From assembly GCA_002633005.1 (NCBI GenBank), contig NMRA01000284.1, positions 491,518-555,517 of the forward strand: DNA of 64,000 nucleotides. Reading direction: 5' to 3'. A model generated the notes under the pieces. That model searched no databases. It saw nothing but the letters and a program-made list of their open reading frames with translations, and was not told the DNA's origin. Source of the stretch: Phoronis australis. Taxonomy: Eukaryota; Animalia; Phoronida. Position 1 is the first letter of the stretch. The number at the start of each line of letters is the position of its first letter. This document shows positions 36,407-47,900 of this stretch, piece by piece. Position numbers and translations under genes: made by a program.

Positions 36407-37774
36407 TGTTGTGACACGTGACTTCCGGGTGACACACAGCCACATCAAGTCTCTCTAAATAGCTTGCCAAGTGACAATTGCCTCTTGGCTGAACGGTTTG
36501 GATCCTTGGCTCCCACATGTGCAACCCGGGTGCCAGTCTCGGTGTCGGTAAAATTTTTAACATTGGCGCCCACATGAGGCAACTCCTACACTAAGCGTGC
36601 CTAAGTCACATTGTGACTAACCCGTCCTAATCCATTCACAAATTAATGCTCACGGGTTAACCACAACGCTGAATAAAGTGTATTAGCCAATTTCTCTTAT
36701 CAGGGCTTGGAATGACCAATGACAAAAAAACGCGGAAACTTTTACGGCCCAAAACATGCGCGCTAGTTGCTACCCAGCCTTGAAATAGTCAATGTGAACC
36801 TTTCGCCGACAAAAATCGGTAGGACTAAAAAAAAAAAAACGTTACCGCCATCTGAGTAGCATGCGTCTGCGTCTTTTTATCTCGTCCATCCACTTCGACC
36901 CCTACACATTTTTGGCTGCAGAGCCGTAATATTTGTCACCGCGGTTTACAATCACACGAGGCGCCACTGAAAATCCCACCACGCTTATTCCAGATGCCCC
37001 GGCAATGTTGACAATTTACGTTCCTCCGAAACATAAAGAGCAACTTCCGCTTTTTGAGGTGAACGTCGTCGGTAACGCCACGGTAAGAAAGGAATTTGCC
37101 GCGGAAATTTTATATCAAATCCGATTTTTTTTTACGCGGAAATAAAATAAAATGCGCGGAAAGAACATTTGAAAAAAGCGGAAATCCGCGTTTCCGCGGA
37201 AAATTCCAAGCCCTGTCTTATACTGCATCGATTTTAAAAAATTCAAAGACGGCTATTAGTCATATTGGTCATTCGCCTTACTAATTGTTCGTTTTTTGAC
37301 TTTAACTTGTACGCTAAACAGGCATGTTGGTTTACGACCGCAAGTATCTCATCCAACACATTCAGCCAAGCCCATGCATGAATTAAGCAACTAGCTCACT
37401 TCAATCCATGTGCCATCAACCCTTTGATGCGCCGAGGAATTTGATGGATACTTTGAGGTAAACAGTGAACGCTTTCTCGTCCACTGACTTGCATGCAAAT
37501 CCTCTTAGTGAATTTGCCTAATGAACATCAGCAGAACCCACAACCGGACGGGATGTCAGCACTTGTCTTGGGGCAGTTCGAACTCATGCTCCAACAGCTG
37601 CAGTGGAAATCCAGACCAGAGATGTGGCCGAAATGGGGAGAAGGCAGCATGCTTGATCCGTAGAGAGGTTGTGTTGTGACACGTGACTTCCGGGTGTGAC
37701 GTAAGGCTTTCCAAGTGACAATTGCCTCTTGGCTGAACCCAGGTTGAATCACAATGTCGGCGAAATTTTCAACA
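36407..37774 (+). mobile_element. Non-autonomous LTR retrotransposon (TRIM) with tRNA-like sequence in the LTRs (Helenus/TRIMp3-like)
   Basis: 5' LTR 36407-36562 and 3' LTR 37672-37774 both run TGTTG...AACA; 4-bp TSD CTCA on both sides; PBS TGGCGCCCACATGAGGC (tRNA-Lys type) at 36564-36580; purine tract AGAGAGG before the 3' LTR; no gag/pol. Confidence 0.88.
36701..37215. mobile_element. hAT-like MITE nested in the TRIM, 6-bp TSD
   Basis: Perfect TIRs cagggcttggaat / attccaagccctg; TCTTAT duplicated at 36695-36700 and 37216-37221; subterminal CGCGGAA repeats. Confidence 0.85.
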
Positions 37775-38047
37775 CTCAGATGAACAGTGTGAGGGTGTAT
37801 GGAAGACTTATGGATGGCCTATGGGATGCCACTGTCTGTACTGCCATTTGAGACAGCGGTACTGCATGCGCGCACCCAGTCTAAAAATGAGGGGGCTTGA
37901 ATTTTTGAGAATGTGGACTTCTACTAAGATTTATGGGTTATGTTCTGTGAATTATGCTAAATCAGAGGGGCACAGGGTGCACGCGTGTATTGTGTAGACT
38001 TTGAGCCTTGCCTTGCCCTTACTCTTAGCCTTAGGCCTACTACAGGT

Positions 38048-38116
38048 CATGGGCGGCGCACCAGGGGGCTGGGGGGGGCTATAGCCCCCACTTTTTTCAG
38101 TGCTGCGTCGCCCATG
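38048..38116. mobile_element. Miniature hAT-like MITE (69 bp)
   Basis: catgggcggcgca ... tgcgtcgcccatg; flanks caggt/caggg. Confidence 0.7.
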
Positions 38117-41100
38117 CAGGGTTACTTGTAGGCTAGATATAGCTGTTGACTTGACACCTTAGCACTGCTTAGCTAGAAACTTGCATTTGAAACGGAACTG
38201 GTGTATTGGCTATTGAAACGGGTGTTTTCCCACACAACTTCTGACCTGTGGTCCAATCCAGGAGCTTCAGTCTTCAGTGAGCTTACGATTGAATGACCTG
38301 GTCAACTGCCAGACAAACGTCTGAAAAAGGCGCCCGGTCTAAACTCAGCTACTTGTACGACTAAGTCTAGATTCTCATGGTTTCTGAATGTCAACGTCTA
38401 CACAATAGGGATAAATCCTTGCGACAACCTGGACCTGTGACAAATATTCAGACTTACGTGCCAACACTCAAATCTGAGCAGACGAACAGCAGAAAATGGC
38501 GGTCTACTTCTTTGACCTTTGAACTCGACTTAATCTATCGCTACACGTGATTGACTTCGACGGTTCCGCTGGGTCAACCGGCTAAGACATCTAGTTCGTT
38601 CATATAACTCCCGGCTAACCGACCAATCAGAAACCTTCTGAAGCGGCTTGGACAGACGGAATCGACGCATTCAGTGAAGTGCAACCATAAAACTGTATAG
38701 TATTGGAATGTCAACTCCCGCGCGAGCGTGACCCATACTTTGTTGAGCTTGCAACCCCTAGATTTCACAGGGACTGGTCGTGAGAGTTTGCACTGTGGAT
38801 TTCCGGTGTGACTGAGTTTAAATCAGTTTTTGAGAACGAAAATTTATTGCGTACTTTTAGAAACTAAAAAATGAGAGAAGTGCAAAGACAATTAGTCTTC
38901 CCAGGTTTAGTAGGCCTAATGAGCAATGATTTTAATTTGATTTAAACTTTAGACTTAAAGTGGAGTAGAACGCGAAAAACAGGTTAAATTGCATTCTTTA
39001 AATTGGCTCTCTGCCATTGAAACGGAAATCAAACTGTTCACCAAGTAGTTTTAAGGTTTGTTGGTAAAGATTTTGAATTTCTACTGATGTCAAAGCATTA
39101 TCCTTTGGTTTCAAATTTCAGAATTAAAGCGATCTGTCAGCTGTTCTGGACGCTTTGTTGATTTTTCTCCCACAAGGCAAAGCAAGTTTCCTTATTTGGT
39201 ATGCCAAGACATAGACGTAGCATGTTTCCCTTATATGGAAAATGAGACATTGAACCTTTTATGTAAACAAAACAATGACCAGTTTGCACTTGGGGAAAAT
39301 GTTTAGTGTTTGAGCGCTTACGCCTGTATATTATTAGGGGTGGAGAATTTATGTTTCATCTATGTATCAAAAATAGTGAATCGGACGATTTTTTAGAAAT
39401 TCTTGCAATATTGAAAGTGAATGACTCTCACGTTAGCATCCCCAAGAAATTCATACGTCACGATCTGTTTAAAGATACTGTGTCTGCTTCATTTTATATA
39501 AAACGGATTTTAACTCAAGTTGGTTCAATGGAAACTTATGCCCAAATAATGCCCAATGAATACAACTCCAACTATTTTCAAAATTAACTAAAATTAAATA
39601 AATATGAATTTTTTACTTTAAGTTTTATTTTTTGTGGTGCACAACCACCTAAAATGGCCGCCATAGTGAATGACAGCTGACTCAGGCATTATGGTTACTT
39701 ACTCAACCGCCGCGGAAACCCCCGCCCACTTTTTTTTAAAAAAATGAAACATTAAGAGTAAAATATAGGTAACACAAACAGGGCTGAAAGTTACGAATGT
39801 TTGTATTTAAGTGATATCTTTCGACTGAAGAGACTCACCTTGTGGTCTAAATTGATGAATGTAAAGGAAAAGGTATCTTTAAAAGGTATTTTACGAGTTT
39901 TCGCGTTCCAGGCGTCTTTAATTCCTTTTTTGGTCTCCTGTTTGTCAATTTACACCACTGATCTTGCTCCTAAGTCAATAAACAATGCATTTATTGTCAT
40001 TTGAATTGTGAGTACATTTTCGGACATCCTTTAGAAATGTCCGAACTTCGTCAATATCTTTGAGAGTTATTTCAGATAGGCAAAAAATAGTCTAGTACAC
40101 TTTGCTATTTTGGGATCGGATGATAGAGATTCCCCCCAACTTCACCCTGTAACTAAGTTCAATGACTGTCTCATTGAGTCTACCAAGATTAGCTTCATCT
40201 AATTGTCAAAAATTCTTATATGAATCAGTGGATTTTCGTAGGTATTTAAACATGCAAAACAGAATATTATAAGCAATTCCCGAAGGCACCTTTGTAGACT
40301 CTTGACGAGCAATTGGGAGGACATGGAATACCCGGGGTTTGCGGATACTTCCAAGAAATTTTCCGAATTTATTCGTGTTTGCGTGTATTTGGTTCATTCC
40401 AGAGGTAGCTATTACGGTTTGTGATTTAAATTTGACAGTCTGACACTTGTCTTACAAACAACTAGCAACGATTTTAAAAAGAAATACTATTCTTAAGACA
40501 CTATAGGAAAAGTGTCGACATTTTATCGTCATAAATCCGGCCGTCGGAAATATTTCTTTTGCGTAATTCTCAAACAGTGGTTTTCAAGTTTTTAAAAACT
40601 TTCATCCTTTCGGTGGCGATTTATGCCATTGTATTTTTCAATACAATCATTTTTGGATGTTTGGACCGAACGTCTTGGCACTGCTGTGCTTTGCTCGTTT
40701 TTTGTTGTTGTTTTCAATTTTTTAATATTATTTTTTGATGAATTTGGAATCTTATCTTTTCGTGAATAGATGGCTATGCAGCATGTATAGAGGGACAAAG
40801 GGACAATTGCCCCGGAATGCCCTTCCAAGAAAGGACTTCGTCTGAAACGAGACTCCATAATATGAAAGGCTGAATGTCATTAAAAATGGAAAAGAGTGAC
40901 GGTTACTTCCTTCATCGCGTGACCTTCCAAAAGACGATTTTCTTTATCATAACAGGAGAATAGAGGCAACCGATTCCGTCATTGGGCCCTCTCTCCGCAA
41001 GGACACCGTAAGAAGTTATCGATAAAAACACGAAAAAGATGGCTCATGGATGCCGCATCGACTGGGCCCCTCCAGTACAAGAGTTGGGACCTTTATATGA

Positions 41101-41560
41101 TACGAACTAGTGTAATTTAAAAAAAAACATGAAATGAACAGCAGTTGAGTGTTGTACAATTTCGAGACTCATCGACAGATGACTCCAACATCCCTTGTCA
41201 GAAAGGGGAAATATACTAGTTCTGCATTCTTTAGAATTGTCTTCTTGAATTTAAAAATCCAGTGAATTGATGTACTCTTCAAAAGTGTGCTTTAAAAAAA
41301 TTCTCGTCTTTTTCGAAATACATGTAGGAATGATCAAATGCATATTTTCAAACACGTTTATGCAATCTGTGCTGCAGAACATGGGTCCCCCTAACAACAA
41401 TGTCCCTCAAAAGGTAAATCAAGCACTGGTATTTGGCAAATGCTCTCTTGACATTTTCTCTTTACGCTTTGACTGCCCAACCCACACCTATTTCTATGCC
41501 GGTTGCCACCGTTTAACCCTGACGCCGTCTTTAAATTATAGAAGGCACGTGCACCCCCCC

Positions 41561-41579
41561 NNNNNNNNNNNNNNNNNNN
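41561..41579. other. Assembly gap (N-run) in a poly-C tract
   Basis: 19 Ns flanked by C homopolymers. Confidence 0.98.
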
Positions 41580-41629
41580 CCCCCCCCCCCCCATTCCTAT
41601 AGTCCTGTATTACGTAATTGCAATATCAG

Positions 41630-41980
41630 AGGCTCCAACTTGAAAAATGTGAAAGAAGTAGATTCTCCCTGCTTGGAATCCCTAAGTAGGGAGTAAATTG
41701 AGTGCCGACTGAAGGTACAACCAAGAATGCCATAGGAGCCAAACAAAGTTAGGGAATGAGGCATGCGCCTGTAAACTTTTTTGAAATGAGATTCTCAGAA
41801 ATGCATATTGAGCCTTCTAGAAATATTTCAATTCTTTGAAATCGCTGTATTTTCGAAAACATAAAGATTCGTGATAAGCAATTCAAGGCGAGATTATTTA
41901 TCAGGTGGTCGGGAGGATTTTATAAATTATCTCTGAGGTGGGAGATATCCTGCCGACGCTTGCGGGCGAGTTGCAGCCTT
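41630..41980. mobile_element. Degenerate hAT-like MITE
   Basis: aggctccaact ... agttgcagcct inverted termini; internal cgggag/gggaga motifs. Confidence 0.5.
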
Positions 41981-44900
41981 CGTTAAATCAGTCATCAAAA
42001 GCAGTGCCAAGCGAGCTTTTAATAATTTCTCCTACTTCCAGTTCCCGTTGCCCTTTTGATGAACTATTTTTGAGCGGACTCTCCAATGTCGTCGATTTCC
42101 GCGGCGTCTTGATTGGCAATTCTGGGTGAGCCGACTAGTGGACGGGACGGTCTCGCCACCTGGTGACTGACAATGTTACATCAAACAGACTTACATGCTA
42201 GACCGAAAAGCTCGTTAAACTTGGTGAAACAATCACAGGGATAATTTTCGAAAATTCACGGTGGTTACAGACCTGAGTGCTCATATAATAGATGAAGTGC
42301 GGAAACAAAACACTACTGAAGCGAAGATGAAAGTCGATATTTGGTCTATAATTGGCACCAACCTGGACAATGGAATTACACCGGTAATTCTAATAGCCAT
42401 CCACCTTAGTTTGGTTTCGCGACGTTGGTTTCTACTAGTACATATCCAAGCTATCATTTCCGCAAGAATTCTGAGCCGGGGAAGGGTGTGTGTGGACGCG
42501 ACTTCAAGAATCGCATCACTATCTTTTGCCTTTGGGAACCTCAGTTCTCAAGTGATCAGTTAGCGAAATGATAGGTGTCTGTCATTAGTTGCCCAGTCAG
42601 TACTACCTATTGAGATACGTTTGTGTAGCTCTCGAAAAATTGGTCTTCGTTAAAAGTGATACGTGAGTGCGCAAACCGGAGCGTTTTCTCTGGTGCCTTG
42701 AATAAGTGGGTGTGGGCGTTCTTACTTGGAGAATGATTCAAACCCAGTCACTTTATGACTGAAATTGTGCTGAAACACCCGCATATATATATATAGTTTC
42801 ATTCGAACGAGAAAAACTCACATACATAAGCGACAGAATAAACAAGCAACCAGGGTTTGTTTCGTGAAAAGTTAGAAATTTGGCCTAGTTACGCTCCACA
42901 CAACTATTTTTTTTTAAATAATTTAATCTCACTTGAGCAAAAATGGAGTCTGCGAGAATATACGCATGCAGTGCTAGTTACTGGGACAATTTTTGTGAAT
43001 TATTTCTAGACTACCATGTGGTCATAATTACTTGGCTAAACTCATTATTCCGCAACTGTGAAGTAGGACTGTAAGAGCAAATTTCAGTCTTAAGTGTGAA
43101 ATCACTTTGAATCCGTGAAACGGGCCTGATGTCAATAAAAACAAAACAACGACAAGAGTTGCCGCATGAAACATCATCGTTAGTGTTGTATTTCGTATTC
43201 ATGAACACAGCTACAACTAGGTATAGTTGCATAGTGTGCAAAATGTCCTCGTCTTCAGATGACCCTGAATTATTTTGAAAATCTGATTTTAAGCAGTCAG
43301 ATCTTTAGATGATTTCCCTGCTTTATGCTCAAGCTTGGTTTTTTGTGCAAATTCACAGGCTCTGCCAGTCGCAGACAAAATGTTAGGCAATAGTCAGATG
43401 TCAAACTTCAAAAACGTGATAAGCTGACCTTGACCTTTATTCAACAGCAATTCGCACTCCTCACACTATAAACGGGGACCGACTGTACAGTCTCACAATA
43501 TATATTTCAGTTCTTTTTATCCGTAATAAAAATCATTGCCAATCTCAAACAGACCATTCGAGGCACTGGCAACTAAAAAGAAGCGCCAAAAAGCCATCAT
43601 CGGTTTGGCAACGCTGACCAACCCATCTAACTTCGGCTGGTGGTAGAAAACGGTAGCTGTTGCATCAAAAAGGAATGTAGGACTATTTGGGCGGATGTGT
43701 AAAAGAATGACATTAAAAGTTGGTAACTTTCCCCCGTTGAACGCGGAATAAATGATAGCGTAGCATCAGTAGTTGTTACAACTACCGTGGGCTCGGTTGG
43801 CTTATCTGAATAGGTTATAGCATTGGGCAAAAATACAACGGAATTTTATGACAGGCGTACTAAATTAACGCGACAATAGGGCTTGGTATAAAAAACAGAA
43901 GTTTTAACAGTGTCAAGCTAACCGTTAAGTATTAATAAAAACTAATGAAATGTTTCGCCAAAGAGAATTGTTTTTTTTTTAGTTTTTGGTTTTAAGATTT
44001 TAAATTGGGAAATTCTCAAAATTGACTGAAGTATCGGCATTTCACCGACTAAAGGCTAAATATTATTATGGTGGCGAATGAGACAATAAGTATGAGATGG
44101 TCGAGAGCAACAGGCGCATGAAATAGGCGCTTGGAAGCTTCCATGACCAGACCTCAGATTTGACTTGCGTCTGTACCGAGGATATCTAAACAACCGATTG
44201 AGGTAGTCTAACTTTGAAATTCACTGTCGTTTTTCAGACAGAAATGCCTTTCAGACAGCGAGATGTCTTAGAATATTCTTTCTTTGTCAAGATTTATCGT
44301 CTCTAACGTGAAAAAACACTACCAGTTTATGCCACGCTAAGACCATTGTGTGAAATAAATTAGCCTCGTCGGCAAAGTGCGGCGCTCCATGTCATTATGC
44401 TAGTAGGTCGCAATGGACGATTGTTCGTACACCGCAGGACTGCACAGAGCGGCGGGTCAACAAGCGAAGATTTTTTTCTCGTAACTGTGCAAAAAGATGC
44501 ATATTCAAAATGCAGTTACAATTGGTCTTGGATTAAGATGGTTTCTCTAATTTATTCCAAAGCTACGAAAGGATGAGTCAAGGCCTCAACGCTATTCATT
44601 CAACGACCCAGTAGATCTAAGTGTTATTATAGTATTTGAGTGGCTTATCGCGGAATTTTCCGTTTAAATACAAATATCTAACTATAAATAACTGAATGGA
44701 ATTATTATTCTTGGTGCAGTATCTCTTCGGAACTATATGCTCTTGCAGTGTACAATACACGTTAAGAAAAATCAAACAGATAACAAGAATCATATATAAT
44801 GAAAACATTCCAAAACAAAATTTATTTATTGAATAAACTATTTCGTCGCTATCAGTCACTTAGGACTAAGCTTTTTGAAATAGGGCACGCCTGATGTTTG

Positions 44901-47900
44901 GTATAATTTTGGACATCTTCGGATACAAAGCAACCAATGAGCTCCCAACTGGACGGGGAACTGAAACCTAATTTCCGGCACATCTCTGAATTCGAGTAAC
45001 GTCTCAGTTGCGTACTGAGAAAAGAAGACGCTATCTCAGCGTCTTCTTTGGACCTGCCGTTGCCTGGAAATTAACTGGAGCTTCGCCAATCATTTTTATC
45101 ATTACGGAAGGCATTTCATGCGGAAATGTCATGACGAACTTTAATCTGAAATGGTCAAAAAGCGTTTTTATCACGAGCCTGGCAGTGGAGTCAAGTAACA
45201 TAGCCGCGCAGTGCGAACTAAGAACACATACCATTTTAATGAGCTTATCCTGATGTTCTGTTAATAAAGCTGTCTTTCTTTGTTTAGTTTCTGCGTTGTA
45301 CACCAGGTAGTGCTGCCTGTGGCGCTAAATTTGAGTTTTGCTGGTGTTCTGTTCAGTTCACGGTCGTTCGTGCGACGGCGATTGACTATAAACAGCATTG
45401 AAACTGCAACAAAAAAGACAAATTGACGTGTGTAGAAGTGTGTGAAATTTCTAATCAAATAAAGAATTATCTATTCATATCTTAATATATTTTTTCGAAC
45501 AAATATTGCTTTTGTGCATGGCTTGCGACACATTACGCCGAAGACGTTCTTAGCCTTTTCACACGGCTGCAGACACAATCAAGCACGTGCCGGTCGCTTG
45601 TCGACACACTAAATCATCCAAAATTACATTTCCACGGCCTTCTAATTGTGCATCATCGTGTTATCGAAAAAGTACAAGCATTTGCGCCAACGTCTCTCTG
45701 AGAAAATCACCTGTAGATGCGCGCGTCAGGCCTGTTTCTGCCCTAACACCTGGGTTTTTAATCTTAGCCAGTCAAATCATGATGTATTGCTGTTTTTCTT
45801 TTATTCTTAGTGTATTTTATTGTTTTCGTGCAACAATTAATGTAAAAGCAACTTTTTCTCTTGAAGATGTCGTCTGCCTCGACTCGTCTGTCATCTGCTC
45901 TCCGTTTCGCCACTTAGATCTACTAACTGATCATCAAACAACGTGTTATTACGCATAATCTGCAGACGTTTTCACTGAAATCAGTTGGAAATAAAATGTA
46001 ACAAAGCCCGAGACACAAAGACATGAAAAAATAGCACTTAGCATTGACAATCGAAAACTGCACGATGACGTTAGCCGCGAAAAGTTGCTCTGAAATCGAA
46101 TGGTGTGAGCGGAAACCACTCCAGCGCGCCATCGCCTGGAAACATTGTCGTGAATATGCATTAAAGCAATATCATAAAAATGATGACTATACGTGATATG
46201 AAATTAATCCCCGCTGATAGATTATCCGTCGCCGTTGCGTCACCTAATTAGATTTGATGACATTATGAAGATTGACTTGCTCTGAAAATCTAGCCGACAA
46301 AGTGTAAAAAGTCTCAAGAGCAGCACTATTTAGTAACGGACGCCCGTGTACAGATATTTTGAATTGTTGGAAAGATCGCTTTACGTGTCTTCCAGGGCAC
46401 AGATTTACGACAAATTATGAGAAATGTTTGGTGGCAGCTTTTATTGCTGACTTCAATTCACCATTTGTGTCTTTCAAAAAAGTAAACCAACGTGATCATT
46501 TTGAGAACGTTAAGGAAACTAAACCCCAAGGCCTAAAAGTAGAATTCTGCATAGAGGAATGTCATTATTTCCGATATAACGGAATTTTCTGAATATTTAT
46601 TTTAAACGCCCTCCGTCACGCACGTGGAGGGACACGCCCCTTTCATTGGATTGACAATTGCAACTAGGTCATGAAGGTTGCCGCACTCGTTTACCCCTGA
46701 AATTTGTCATCTTTTATTCATGCCAGTCCCGACGTGTAGCTGTCATAGAATTCCTCCACATGAGGTAACAATAGAGTTCGTGTTTTCCGCAAACTGAGGT
46801 CTAGATATTTTCTGGCATTGTATAGGTGACTGACTCTGTAGCGACATACCACCAACAGGGGTGTTCATGTCTTTTGTTAATGAGAAAAAACGTAATGACG
46901 GTCGGATTTGTTCAAAGGTTTTCGCTTTTAGACTTTGTGAAAGTAAATCTGTTCAGTGCACCAAGTGTACGAAAAAGAATATATCTACATATATAGGATG
47001 TCAAAATGGTCGGATTACTTGTATAACATGAATTTTTCAGTACCCACGTGCAGCCTTTGCTGAATGATATTCATGTTCATTGGAACTTTGAAACCGGAAA
47101 TGTAATTTTTGTTGACATGCGGGTAACAGTGGACATTCTTTGTGTATTGTACAGGCCTTCTCTAGCATTGAAGTTAGGAAAGCAACGCGCATGCTAGCTC
47201 ACGATGGTGCTGCAGACATAACCATACCGTTGGCCACATTCTTCTGATTTTGCAGACTCCTGTTATTTTTTCTTGAATGCTCATTCATTTACTTCGTAAG
47301 CAAACACTGTTGTAGCGAAGTACCTTACCTCCATGAATGCGTTCACTGAGCACTAGCGTCATAGGCGTATCTGAACGTTGCCCGCATTTGCAGGTAGCTG
47401 CCCCTTACCCCCGCATAATACGCCTTTACATGGCATCATATAGTTGGGGTACGCTTATACTCTGTTTTATTGTGTTTGTTATTTTTCCTCTACAGTTTTT
47501 CTGCCCTGGTTCCAATGCAGAAAATACATACCGATTTTTCCCGTAAATTTAAGAGACGTGGTTATAAGACGATACTTGATGTACAGAGATAAATTCGAAA
47601 TACAAGGGTAACAGACGAATCATACGCACTAATATCCAATCACAGCCCAGGCCAATCGTGTGCTCGAGTCGAGCTCAGTAACCGTCTCGCGGCGAGAAAA
47701 TCTAGCCAAACTTACTTGCTCTAATTGAAAATGCACGGTGATATCTCGCGAAATCTCGCTGGGTCTTGCATTTCTAGCGAGATCTTAGCATTATTGAACT
47801 GTACCCTGCCCTGCACTGAGTCCGCCGGCATTCTTACTTCGTAAGCCAACACGCTAGTGTTCTGTTATGGACATAATGAATAAATCAGCCGGTTTGCCCG

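Noticed and set aside
36075-36575. 166-aa minus-strand ORF
   Set aside because: It crosses the TRIM LTR boundary into an unrelated tandem repeat; a chance ORF.
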